In this document: piece by piece, positions 30,165-39,915 of the stretch | Position numbering within the stretch: position 1 is the first letter of the stretch | Layout: each line of letters starts with the position of its first letter | NCBI GenBank assembly: GCA_023129485.1 | Contig: JAGMBY010000041.1 | Span: forward strand, 1 to 49,807 | Source of the DNA: Actinomycetes bacterium | GTDB taxonomy: Bacteria > Actinomycetota > Humimicrobiia > JAHJRV01 | Direction: 5' to 3' | Length of the DNA: 49,807 nucleotides | Translations under genes and position numbers: made by a program | The notes under the pieces: generated by a model | Database searches by the model: none | What the model saw: only the letters and a program-made list of their open reading frames with translations | Told to the model about the DNA's origin: nothing

Positions 30165-32064
30165 AAAAGCTCCAATGAAGATAAATGAATATCTTGACTA
30201 TTTACCTGATAAACCAGGCATCTATATATTTTATAATTCTTTAGGCAAGCCATTATATATTGGAAAAGCCAAATCTTTGAAGAAAAGAGTTAAAAGCTAC
30301 TTCCAAAAATCCCAAAACTTATCTACGAAGATAATTGATATGCTATCCAAAGTAGACAAATTGGATTTTATTGTTACTGATAATGAAGTTGAGGCATTGA
30401 TTCTTGAAAGCACACTTATAAAAGAGCACAGACCAAAATATAATGTGAATCTAAAAGATGATAAAAGATATCCTTATATTGGGATCTCCATTTCTGAAAA
30501 TTACCCACGTGTATTTTTTACGAGAAAAACAACTAATAAAAATCATATGTATTTTGGTCCATATACAAGCGCTCAAAATGTTAGAAAGATCTTAGATATA
30601 CTTCAAAAAAGATTTAAATTTAGAAGATGTACCGGTACAAGACCCGGAAAGAAAACTGGTTCTTCTTGTCTCAACTATCATATAAATAGATGCTTAGCTC
30701 CATGTATAGGGAATATAAAAAAATCAGAATATAAAGAGATAATAGATATTATAATTCAGTTTCTCAACGGAAGAAGAAAGGAAATTGCTAAAAGTTTGGA
30801 GAAATGCATGAAACTAGCATCAAGTAAAAGAAGATTTGAAGATGCTGCAAGATTCAGAGATCGATTAATCGCAATAAATGATCTTATTCAAAAACAGAAG
30901 GTTGCAACAAGGTATAAATTAGATATTGATGTATTAGCTATTGCATTGAATGAAGACATAGCATGTGTTGAACTATTTACAATAAGGGGAGGACTTTTAT
31001 TAGGTAAAGATAGTTTTATTTTGGAGAAAACATCAGAACTTAATAAAAAAGAACTACTTACCACATTTATAAAACAGTATTATAATTCGACATTTAGATT
31101 TCCAAAAGAAATTATTTTATCTACAAATATCTATGAAAAAGAGCTTATAAAAAATTGGTTGAGAGCCAAGAGAGGAGCATATACTGATATAAAAGTTCCC
31201 AAAAAAGGTGAGAAAAAAAGATTAGTAGAATTAGCTGAAAAAAATGCTTTAATTGAAATTACACAATTTTTAGATAAAGAGAAATTAGAAAAGATAAGGG
31301 AAAAAAGCTCTCTCATCTCATTAAAAGATAAACTAAATCTCAATTCAATTCCATATAGGATCGAATGTTATGATATATCAACATTAGCAGGCTCCCATTC
31401 TGTTGGGTCAATGGTTGTATTTATAAATGGTGTTCCTAAGAAATCACATTATAAAAGATTTAAAATTAAAGATATATCTGCTAGAGATGACCTCTCTATG
31501 ATGAGTGAAGTGATTGAAAGAAGGTTTAAAAAGTTGTCATATCTACATAAAATGGATGAAAAAACTTATAAATATAAAAAAGACGATAAAGCTTATAAAA
31601 AGAAATATAAAGAATTCAATGCATTTGATTTAATGCCCGATCTTGTATTAATAGATGGTGGCAGGGGTCAACTCAGAGTAACAAAGAGAGTTCTTAAGAA
31701 ATTTGGATTAGAAAATATCTCAGTTATTGGACTGTCTAAAAAACCTGATAAAATACATTTACTTAATAAAAAATTCCCTCTCATACTTCCAAAAAATTCA
31801 CCAGCACTTTGGCTTTTAGAGAGAATCAGGGATGAAGCACATCGTTTTGCCATTTCTTATCACAGAAATCTTAGAGACAAAGAGATGGTAACATCAATTC
31901 TTGATAAAATTTATGGAGTTGGTTCAAAAAGAAAAACGAAATTGATTAAACATTTTGGCTCAGCTGAATATATTGCTGATGCAACACTTCAAGAATTATG
32001 TGATATTAGGGGAATACCTTACAAAGTCGCTCAAAGAATATACAAATATTTCCACCCCTTTTAA
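30157..32064 (+). CDS. uvrC: Excinuclease ABC subunit C.
   Basis: It has the GIY-YIG domain (PGIYIFYN...[17 protein letters not shown]), a UVR domain ([14 protein letters not shown]), an endonuclease V-like domain and a C-terminal HhH. It overlaps the uvrA stop by 8 nt. Confidence 0.95.
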   Translation: MFRKAPMKINEYLDYLPDKPGIYIFYNSLGKPLYIGKAKSLKKRVKSYFQKSQNLSTKIIDMLSKVDKLDFIVTDNEVEALILESTLIKEHRPKYNVNLKDDKRYPYIGISISENYPRVFFTRKTTNKNHMYFGPYTSAQNVRKILDILQKRFKFRRCTGTRPGKKTGSSCLNYHINRCLAPCIGNIKKSEYKEIIDIIIQFLNGRRKEIAKSLEKCMKLASSKRRFEDAARFRDRLIAINDLIQKQKVATRYKLDIDVLAIALNEDIACVELFTIRGGLLLGKDSFILEKTSELNKKELLTTFIKQYYNSTFRFPKEIILSTNIYEKELIKNWLRAKRGAYTDIKVPKKGEKKRLVELAEKNALIEITQFLDKEKLEKIREKSSLISLKDKLNLNSIPYRIECYDISTLAGSHSVGSMVVFINGVPKKSHYKRFKIKDISARDDLSMMSEVIERRFKKLSYLHKMDEKTYKYKKDDKAYKKKYKEFNAFDLMPDLVLIDGGRGQLRVTKRVLKKFGLENISVIGLSKKPDKIHLLNKKFPLILPKNSPALWLLERIRDEAHRFAISYHRNLRDKEMVTSILDKIYGVGSKRKTKLIKHFGSAEYIADATLQELCDIRGIPYKVAQRIYKYFHPF

Positions 32065-32299
32065 CATAATTTATTAATTTACAATATAATATACTATTGA
32101 TTTGGAAAATCATAAGTTACATTAAAATTCTTACTTACAATAGTAAATCTTTTATAGTTAAGAAATGAAAGTGAAAATAGAAATAATTGTTTAAATCCAT
32201 CTTCTGTTGTGTGATGGTAAGAGGGGAATGAATTCAAAATAAACGTCTACCAGGAAAAACAAAGTTAAAAAATAAATATTTATAATGAAAGGATAAGTC

Positions 32300-32665
32300 A
32301 TGAGGAATATTTTAATTAGAATTATAACTCTTACAATTACAATAATTTTAGTTGCTTATATATTCCCTGATAATATGATTCGTCTTGAGGGAGAAGGCTG
32401 GAGTATGATATGGCCAGCTCTTATAACAGCACTTTTCTTGGCATTAGTAAACTTAATAGTTAAACCAATAGTTTCAATTTTAACTATCCCTATAAATATT
32501 TTAACATTAGGTCTTTTTTCTTTAATAATAAATGCAGCAATGCTCTGGATTGTAGACTACTTTGTTAAAGGATTTTCTGTATCTGGAATTTGGGGATATT
32601 TTCTTGGAGCATTAGCAATAAGTATTATAAATTCTGTTTTATATAAAATACTGGCTGAAAAATAA
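32300..32665 (+). CDS. Small four-TM membrane protein of the DUF360 / 'phage holin family 4-2' (YvlD-like) family.
   Basis: It is 121 aa with LVNLIVKPIVSILTIPINILTLGLFSLIINAAMLW, which is typical of the family. Confidence 0.6.
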   Translation: MRNILIRIITLTITIILVAYIFPDNMIRLEGEGWSMIWPALITALFLALVNLIVKPIVSILTIPINILTLGLFSLIINAAMLWIVDYFVKGFSVSGIWGYFLGALAISIINSVLYKILAEK

Positions 32666-32673
32666 GAAAAAAA

Positions 32674-33567
32674 ATGGTTAGAAAAAAAATGGAGGAAAGA
32701 AAAGAGGAAGAAGGCTTAAGAACAGTAGTAATAACTGGGCTTTCTGGTGCAGGAAGGACATTGGCAATGAGATGCTTTGAAGATTCTGGTTATTTCTGTA
32801 TTGACAATCTGCCATCTTCTCTAATTTTAGATTTATTAGATATATGTTCTCTTCCTGGAAGTAAGATTGATAAGTTAGCTCTGGTTCTAGATGTTCGTGG
32901 TAGATATTTTTTCGATCAATTACCGAATATACTAAGAGATTTAAAGGAAAAAAACATAGATTATCAGATTCTTTTCTTGTGGGCAAATGATGAGACTTTA
33001 GTTAAGAGATTTAAAGAAACAAGAAGAACTCATCCATTAGTAAAAAATGCTGATGTATCAGAGGGAATTCGTATTGAAAAGGAAAAAATGAAATTTTTAA
33101 GGGATGTTGCTGATATTGTAATTGATACATCTCATCTTACTCCAATGGAGCTTAAAAATAGGATAAATAATACTATTATATTGGGTCTTGAAAGAGAAAG
33201 AATGCAGATACAGGTAGTATCTTTTGGATATAGTTTAGGGATTCCACAGGATGCTGACTTAGTGATGGATGTTCGTTTTTTACCAAATCCTAATTATGTA
33301 GAATCATTGAGGTTAAAAAGTGGGTTAGACAAGGAAGTTTATGATTTTGTTATTAGTAAAAAAGAGACAGAGAGATTTTTAAAAATTTTTAGTAAGTTAT
33401 TATCTTATACAATTCCTAATTATATTTTAGAGGGAAAGAATTATTTAAAAATTGCAATAGGTTGCACAGGGGGAAGACATAGATCTGTTGTCATTGCCAG
33501 AGAGATATTTAATTTTTTAAAAGAAAAGGGGTATGAAACTACAATTAATCACAGGGAATTAAAATAA
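32674..33567 (+). CDS. rapZ: RNase adapter / nucleotide-binding protein RapZ (YvcJ).
   Basis: It has the P-loop ITGLSGAGRT, DNLP, VDVRFLPNP and the C-terminal GCTGGRHRSV motif. Confidence 0.9.
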   Translation: MVRKKMEERKEEEGLRTVVITGLSGAGRTLAMRCFEDSGYFCIDNLPSSLILDLLDICSLPGSKIDKLALVLDVRGRYFFDQLPNILRDLKEKNIDYQILFLWANDETLVKRFKETRRTHPLVKNADVSEGIRIEKEKMKFLRDVADIVIDTSHLTPMELKNRINNTIILGLERERMQIQVVSFGYSLGIPQDADLVMDVRFLPNPNYVESLRLKSGLDKEVYDFVISKKETERFLKIFSKLLSYTIPNYILEGKNYLKIAIGCTGGRHRSVVIAREIFNFLKEKGYETTINHRELK

Positions 33568-33681
33568 AAAAAATTTAAAGGTATTATCAATCATGTGGAT
33601 TTAAAACATTAGAAAAAATTAAAATTTTCATCAAACTTTACAATTATATTTATATCTAAATATTTCAATTAATTTTTAAAA

Positions 33682-34656
33682 ATGGGAAAAATTAAAAGTT
33701 TTTCAGCTCATGTTAAAGATGAGTTAACAAGAGAAATTCCTGAAAAGGATTGCTGTAAGAAAGCAGAACTTTATGCTTCAATAAGAATTTATGGTTATGT
33801 AGCAGAGAAAAGAGAACAAGAGGAAAATAAAAAAGAAGATAAGGAGAAAAAAAGTTTTGAAGTAAAAATAAATACTGAAAGTGCATCAGTTGCTAGAAGA
33901 ACAATAAAATTAATAAGAGACCTATTTAGTCATAAAATATCCGCTTATACAGAAGTTAAAAGCTATAAAAACAAAAGAAAAAGGTATTCCATTATAATAC
34001 CTATTCAGGAAAGAATAACTGAATTTCTAAAAGCGCTTAAAATATTGGATGATAATTTTAAGATAAGTGAAAGGGTCTCTTCGAATTTAATCAGAAAAAA
34101 ATGCTGTCAGATATCTTTTTTAAGAAGTTATTTTTATAATAGTGGATATATATCAAATCCTAAAAGTGGGTATCATTTAGAACTTGTCATTAAAAATGAA
34201 GAAGATGCAAAAAAAATTTCAAAGATTTTAAATAAGTTTTCCATTAATCCCAAAATTTATAAAAGAAGAGAATCTTTTAATATCTATTTAAAAAGAAGTG
34301 AAGATATTTTTAATTTCCTTAAATTAATTGGAGCTCACAGTACAGTTTTAAGTTTGGAAAACATCAAAGTAATAAAAGAGATAAAAAGTTATATTGAAAG
34401 AATAGTAAATTTTGAGTCAGCAAATCTTAAAAGAACTATTGAAGCATCTCAAAAACAGATTAATAATATTGAAAAAATAGAAAATTTTATGGGTATTGAT
34501 TTACTTTCAAATGCACTTAGAGAAATAGCTTATATTAGACTTGAGTATCCACAGGCATCTTTATCAGAGCTTGGAAAATTGAGTGGAAAAAAATTATCAA
34601 AATCTGCTGTAAATAACAGATTAAGAAGAATCAAAAAAATAGCAAAAAGCTTATAA
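33682..34656 (+). CDS. whiA: DNA-binding sporulation/cell-division regulator WhiA.
   Basis: The N-terminus is FSAHVKDELTR...CCKKAELYA, followed by a LAGLIDADG-like middle and a C-terminal HTH (LSELGKL....SKSAVNNRLRRI). It follows rapZ. Confidence 0.85.
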   Translation: MGKIKSFSAHVKDELTREIPEKDCCKKAELYASIRIYGYVAEKREQEENKKEDKEKKSFEVKINTESASVARRTIKLIRDLFSHKISAYTEVKSYKNKRKRYSIIIPIQERITEFLKALKILDDNFKISERVSSNLIRKKCCQISFLRSYFYNSGYISNPKSGYHLELVIKNEEDAKKISKILNKFSINPKIYKRRESFNIYLKRSEDIFNFLKLIGAHSTVLSLENIKVIKEIKSYIERIVNFESANLKRTIEASQKQINNIEKIENFMGIDLLSNALREIAYIRLEYPQASLSELGKLSGKKLSKSAVNNRLRRIKKIAKSL

Positions 34657-34776
34657 AATAGAAAATACTCATATTTTTATACCTTTGATGAGGGAGGTTG
34701 AGGAGGTAGTTAAAACATATAATTATAAAAATTTAAGGGATTTAAGTAAAAATTTTAAAAGAAAGGAGAAAGTTAA

Positions 34777-35781
34777 ATGGCAATAAGAGTTGGTATAAAT
34801 GGATTTGGGAGAATTGGAAGGTGTGTTTTCAAAGCGGGAATTGATGATAAAGAAATTGACTTTGTAGCTGTTAATGATATCACCACACCCGAGGTTTTAG
34901 CACACTTATTAGAGTATGATTCAACTTATGGAAGAACTGCAAATGTAGAAGTTAAAGATGATAAAATTTTAATTTGTGGTAGAGAAGTAAAAGCTCTTTG
35001 CGTTAGAGACCCTGCTCAGTTACCATGGGATGAATTAGGTGTAGATATAGTAGTGGAGTCAACAGGAATTTTTAGAAAGAGAGAAGATGCAAAAAAACAT
35101 CTGGATGCAGGAGCAAAGAAAGTAATAATAAGTGCACCAGCAACAAATCCAGACATTACTATAGTAATGGGAGTTAATCATGAGAAATATGATACAGAGA
35201 ATCATAATATTATATCTGGTGCGTCTTGCACAACGAATTGTATTGCTCCATTAGCAAAAGTTCTACACAAGAATTTTGGGATTCAAAAAGGTTTTATGAC
35301 AACAATTCATGCATACACTAGTGACCAAAATTTGGTAGATGGTCCACATACAGACAAGCGAAGAGCAAGATCAGCAGCTATAAATATAGTACCCACTACA
35401 ACAGGAGCAGCTATTGCGACAACCTTAGTTATACCAGAACTTAAAGGTAAAATGGGTGGAATGGCAATGCGAGTCCCGGTTCATGATGGTTCAATAGTAG
35501 ATTTTGTGGTATTTTTAGAAAGAGATGTAACAATTGAAGAAGTAAATCAAGCCATGAAGAAAGCATCTGAAGAACCACCCCTTAAAGGAATTTTACAATA
35601 TAGTAATGAACCATTAGTTTCATGCGATATAATAGGGAATTTGTATTCTTCAGTATATGATTCATTAGCAACTATGGTAATTGGTAATATGGTAAAGGTT
35701 CTTGGCTGGTATGACAATGAAATGGCTTATTCTAAGAGAGTAAATGATATGATTAAGTATATTGCGGAAAAAGGGTATTAA
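34777..35781 (+). CDS. gap: Type I glyceraldehyde-3-phosphate dehydrogenase.
   Basis: It has INGFGRIGR, the active site ASCTTNC, and WYDNE near the C-terminus. Length is 334 aa. Confidence 0.96.
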   Translation: MAIRVGINGFGRIGRCVFKAGIDDKEIDFVAVNDITTPEVLAHLLEYDSTYGRTANVEVKDDKILICGREVKALCVRDPAQLPWDELGVDIVVESTGIFRKREDAKKHLDAGAKKVIISAPATNPDITIVMGVNHEKYDTENHNIISGASCTTNCIAPLAKVLHKNFGIQKGFMTTIHAYTSDQNLVDGPHTDKRRARSAAINIVPTTTGAAIATTLVIPELKGKMGGMAMRVPVHDGSIVDFVVFLERDVTIEEVNQAMKKASEEPPLKGILQYSNEPLVSCDIIGNLYSSVYDSLATMVIGNMVKVLGWYDNEMAYSKRVNDMIKYIAEKGY

Positions 35782-35803
35782 TACTAAATTAAATTTAAAA
35801 ATT

Positions 35804-35830
35804 GGGAGCTTTATAAGCTCTCTATTTTCT
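35804..35830 (+). terminator. Hairpin plus T-rich tract after gap.
   Basis: GGGAGCTT-TAT-AAGCTCTC is followed by TATTTTCT. Confidence 0.5.
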
Positions 35831-35907
35831 TAAACAAGAATATTTTAAAATTTCGATAATAATTTTTTCAATTTCTAAGTAGCATTAACTTTTTTAGGAG
35901 ATATTAT

Positions 35908-37092
35908 ATGGAGAAAAAGACTATAAGAGATATTGATGTTAAAAATAAGAGAGTTTTTGTTAGAGCAGATTTAAATGTTCCTTTAGATGATGAAGGCAAT
36001 ATAACAGATGAAACTAGAATAATATCATCTTTACCAACGATTCAGTATCTAATAAAAAATAATGCAAAAATTATCTTGGCATCACATCTCGGAAGACCTA
36101 AAGGTAAATTTGTTGAAAAACTCAAAATGGATCCAATTGCAAAAGCATTGGAAAAACATCTCGCTAAAGAAGTAAAAAAGATGGATCAAGTTATGTCTAG
36201 TAAGGTTAAAAATGAGGTAAGAAAATTAAAAAGTGGAGATGTTCTACTTTTAGAGAATCTAAGATTTGACAAACGAGAAAGAGATAATGATAACGATTTT
36301 TCTAAGGAACTTGCAGAACTTGCAGATGTATATGTAAATGATGCTTTTGGCACCTCGCACAGAGAACATGCTTCAATGATAGGTATTTGTAAATACATCC
36401 CCTCAATAATGGGTTTTTTACTGGAAAAAGAACTAAATACATTTTTTTCTTTACTTAAAGAATCAGAGCATCCTTTTGTAGTAATATTAGGTGGAAGTAA
36501 AATTTCGGACAAATTGGGAGTTGTTAGAAATCTTTTGAAAGTTGTTGATACGATATTAGCAGGTGGTGGGATGTGTTACACCTTCTTGAAATCAATTGGT
36601 TTTGAAATAGGAAAATCCTTATTAGAAGAGGAGATGATAGAGTATTGTAAACAGGTTCTGGATGAATTTAGAAATGAAGGAAAAAAATTTCTGCTACCAG
36701 AAGATATTGTTGTAGCTGAAGAATTTAAAAAGGATTCAGTTTTTAAAACAGTTCAAATAGACAAGATACCTAAAGATTGGTTAGGATTAGATATTGGTCA
36801 AAAAACAATTGATAAATATAAAGATGAGATATTAAAAGCAAAAACAATATTTTGGAATGGTCCCATGGGTGTATTTGAGTGGGAATCATTTGAGAAAGGA
36901 ACAAAAGAGATTGCTATTGCAATCACTGAAAGTAAAGCAGAGTCTGTAGTTGGTGGTGGAGACACAATAGCAGCAATTAAAAAATATAATGTCGCAGATA
37001 AAATTGGTTATATTTCAACAGGTGGGGGTGTATCTTTGAAGTTTCTTGAAGGTGTAAAATTACCAGCAGTTGAAGCATTAATAAACAAATAA
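35908..37092 (+). CDS. pgk: Phosphoglycerate kinase.
   Basis: It has RADLNVPL, SHLGRPKG, NDAFGTSHR and GGGDT. Length is 394 aa. Confidence 0.96.
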   Translation: MEKKTIRDIDVKNKRVFVRADLNVPLDDEGNITDETRIISSLPTIQYLIKNNAKIILASHLGRPKGKFVEKLKMDPIAKALEKHLAKEVKKMDQVMSSKVKNEVRKLKSGDVLLLENLRFDKRERDNDNDFSKELAELADVYVNDAFGTSHREHASMIGICKYIPSIMGFLLEKELNTFFSLLKESEHPFVVILGGSKISDKLGVVRNLLKVVDTILAGGGMCYTFLKSIGFEIGKSLLEEEMIEYCKQVLDEFRNEGKKFLLPEDIVVAEEFKKDSVFKTVQIDKIPKDWLGLDIGQKTIDKYKDEILKAKTIFWNGPMGVFEWESFEKGTKEIAIAITESKAESVVGGGDTIAAIKKYNVADKIGYISTGGGVSLKFLEGVKLPAVEALINK

Positions 37093-37141
37093 AAAGAAGG
37101 ATTAAACTGATATCTAAATTAATTCAAGAAAAGGAAAAAAA

Positions 37142-37933
37142 ATGTTAAAGGGAGAGATTAGAAAACCAATAATTGCTGGAAATTGGAAGATGCATAAAAT
37201 GCATCTTGAAGGTGTAAAGCTTGTTGAGGAAATAGATAATAGTCTGGATAAAAATCTGGATATTGAGGTTGTCATTATTCCTCCATTTACAGCACTTAGA
37301 AGTATTAGCACTGTTATAAAAGCTAACCAGATGAAAATTAAATTGGGTGCACAAAATATGCATTATATGTCAGAGGGTCCTTTTACAGGTGAAATATCAC
37401 CGCTAATGTTAAAAGCGCTTGATATTGAATATGTGATAATTGGTCACTCCGAGAGAAGAGAGTATTTTGACGAGACTGATGAATTAATAAATAAAAAATT
37501 AAAAAAAGCTTTGGAAGTTGGCATCAAACCCATTCTTTGCGTAGGAGAACCATTAAGGATTAGAGAAATTGGAAAGCAGAAACAATATGTTAGAGAGCAA
37601 TTAAACAACTGTTTAGAAGGGTTGAATGAAAATTATGTTCATAATATAGTCATTGCATATGAACCTATTTGGGCAATTGGAACTGGAAAGACAGCAACTC
37701 CAGAAGATGCCAATTTCATGATTTCATTTATAAGACAAAGAATAAGCAAGATATTTTCTCCTGTAATTTCTGAAAAAATAAGAATTCAATATGGTGGGAG
37801 TGTTAAGCCTTTTAGTATTGTTCCAATTATGGTCCAACCTGAAATAGATGGAGTATTAGTTGGCGGAGCAAGTTTAAATGCTCAAGATTTTAGTGATATT
37901 GTAAATTATAAGAAAAAATTAAAGAATATATGA
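37142..37933 (+). CDS. tpiA: Triose-phosphate isomerase.
   Basis: It has AGNWKMH, IGHSERR, YEPIWAIGTG and GGASL. Confidence 0.95.
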   Translation: MLKGEIRKPIIAGNWKMHKMHLEGVKLVEEIDNSLDKNLDIEVVIIPPFTALRSISTVIKANQMKIKLGAQNMHYMSEGPFTGEISPLMLKALDIEYVIIGHSERREYFDETDELINKKLKKALEVGIKPILCVGEPLRIREIGKQKQYVREQLNNCLEGLNENYVHNIVIAYEPIWAIGTGKTATPEDANFMISFIRQRISKIFSPVISEKIRIQYGGSVKPFSIVPIMVQPEIDGVLVGGASLNAQDFSDIVNYKKKLKNI

Positions 37934-39540
37934 AAAGAGTAAACCTTGAGTTAATATTTATACTTCTTTTAGCTTTTATCCTAACTTTTATAGCATTTAA
38001 TCCAGAATTATCATGTTTTGGAGATAATGCAAGATACATGATACTTGGGAAATCAATCTCTCAAGGAAGTGGAGTTAGATTAATAAATTATCCAGAAAAT
38101 CCTCCTGATTACAAAGCATATCCAGGTTTTCCACTTATTTTATCATTCTTTTATTTTATTTTTGGATTTAAATTCATTGGAGTGAATATTTTGATACTAT
38201 CTAAAATAATTGTTTTTATCTGTTTTATTTTATCAGTCCTTTTTTTCTATCTTGTAGCTAAAGAAGAACTGGATAAAATTACCCTAATATTTGCTACAAT
38301 TTTTTTCATAACACATCCCCAACTTTTAAGTTTCTCATCTAAGGTAATGACAGAAATTCCATTCAATCTTTTTATACTAATTACAATGTATTTTTATAAT
38401 TTGAATAAAAATTTAAATAAAGATGAAGATTTTAATATTAGTTTTATATTACTTATATGTTTTTCAATCTTTACCTTTCTAATTAGACCAGTTGGTATTT
38501 TTATTATTTTTGCAATCTTTTTACAAATAATACTAAATGGCAAAAAGGTTAAATCAGGAATTTATCTTGGGATAACACTAATACCTGTTATTTTGTGGAA
38601 CCTAAGATCCGCATTATCAAGTAAGGTTAGTTATGCAAGTGAGTTCTTTAAAGTAAACCTCAGTGATTATTCTAAGGGAAATATAAATTTTATAAAATTT
38701 CTTGAAAGAGCTAAATCAAATTTTTTTTACTATTTTAAAAAAGTATTTTTGCAACTTACAAATGGTTTAGAGGATATTTTAAAAAATAATATTTTTAAAA
38801 TTGAAAAAATTAAATATTCAAGTTTGATTAAAAATTTAGGAATTAAAGATCTACATTCTATTGCAATTTTACTTGCAATAATCTTTCTCACTTTGGGGAT
38901 TGTATACTTTATAAAAAAGAAAAAATATATTTATGTGATATATTTCATTCTTTATTTTGCAGGACTTCTTATGTGGCCATGGCAATCAGAAAGACTTACT
39001 ATTTGTGTAATTCCTATTTTAATCATACTTTTTTCGAAAGGTTTGCTATTTTTCAAAGAAACAATCTTAAAAATTTCAGAGAAAAAGTCGACCAAGATAT
39101 TTGCAAATGCAGTTTTAATAATAATCTTTATTATATTTTTAATTGGAAGTACATATAGTGGATATTTTGTAATTAAGAAAAATCTTGATTATAAAAATAG
39201 GGGAATATTTATATATTCTAAAAGATGGGAAAATTTCTATGATGCAATGTACTGGTTAAAGGAGAACTCATATGAGGGTAGTTATATTTTAAGTAGAAGT
39301 AATTTTTTAGTTTATATTCTAACCAATAGAGAGACTATAGCATTTCCTTATAGTGAAGAAGTACAAAAACAGAAGAAATATCTAAATAAATCTGATTTTA
39401 TAATACAGGATAGAACAAATGAACGTTTTATGAAATATGTATATCCAGTAATAAGAAAATATGAGGAAAATTTTGAAATAGTATATAAAGCAGATGATAG
39501 TAAAACTATTGTTTACAAAAGACTTAAAAAACTTGATTAA
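37930..39540 (+). CDS. Polytopic membrane glycosyltransferase of the GT39/ArnT/PMT-like (GT-C) type.
   Basis: It is 536 aa with about 11 predicted TM helices. An early loop carries an acidic motif (GDNARYM), and there is a soluble C-terminal domain of about 130 aa. The ATGA overlaps the tpiA stop. The family call rests on architecture only. Confidence 0.5.
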   Translation: MKRVNLELIFILLLAFILTFIAFNPELSCFGDNARYMILGKSISQGSGVRLINYPENPPDYKAYPGFPLILSFFYFIFGFKFIGVNILILSKIIVFICFILSVLFFYLVAKEELDKITLIFATIFFITHPQLLSFSSKVMTEIPFNLFILITMYFYNLNKNLNKDEDFNISFILLICFSIFTFLIRPVGIFIIFAIFLQIILNGKKVKSGIYLGITLIPVILWNLRSALSSKVSYASEFFKVNLSDYSKGNINFIKFLERAKSNFFYYFKKVFLQLTNGLEDILKNNIFKIEKIKYSSLIKNLGIKDLHSIAILLAIIFLTLGIVYFIKKKKYIYVIYFILYFAGLLMWPWQSERLTICVIPILIILFSKGLLFFKETILKISEKKSTKIFANAVLIIIFIIFLIGSTYSGYFVIKKNLDYKNRGIFIYSKRWENFYDAMYWLKENSYEGSYILSRSNFLVYILTNRETIAFPYSEEVQKQKKYLNKSDFIIQDRTNERFMKYVYPVIRKYEENFEIVYKADDSKTIVYKRLKKLD

Positions 39541-39625
39541 CTAAAAATTTAATTAAAAATCCTATTTAATAAGGGATGTTGTATAATATCTTAAGCATTA
39601 AAAACTTGAATTGACTAAAGAGGTA

Positions 39626-39654
39626 TTGACAAAAACTATTTTTTTCTTTAGTAT
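39626..39654 (+). promoter_or_regulatory. Candidate sigma-70-type promoter far upstream of the peptide ABC operon.
   Basis: TTGACA-17 nt-TAGTAT (TATATT 3 nt further on). It would give a leader of about 260 nt. Confidence 0.3.
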
Positions 39655-39915
39655 ATTCAATCAAATTTAATTTATAATATATTTAAAATGATTTTTTAAT
39701 TAATTATTGAATTTTTAATTAAATTTTTATTTAAATAATCTATTGAAAAATAAGAATCAAATATTTAATAATTTTAACAATATTTTATTAGTTGTAATCT
39801 TATAAATAATAGAAGTTGCACATCTTATCTTGGAAGCAGCATGTAAAAAACAAAAAGGGGGTGATTAAATAGAAAAATAAATATTTATTGTAAAAATTGA
39901 TAAGGAGGTTTTTAA

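Noticed and set aside
32066-32110. dif-like XerCD site (the reverse complement contains TATATTATATTGTAAATT) after uvrC.
   Set aside because: It matches the Firmicute dif consensus only with an insertion and several mismatches. Such AT-only near-matches are expected by chance in this composition.
32300-32665. A 'phage holin family' protein as a sign of a prophage or lysis cassette.
   Set aside because: The DUF360/YvlD-type family name is misleading. There is no endolysin, integrase, terminase or other phage gene nearby, and the gene sits in a conserved housekeeping neighbourhood before rapZ.
33590-33600. DnaA-box-like TGTGGATTT in the rapZ-whiA spacer.
   Set aside because: It is a single imperfect box with no cluster and no dnaA or dnaN nearby, so it is not an origin.
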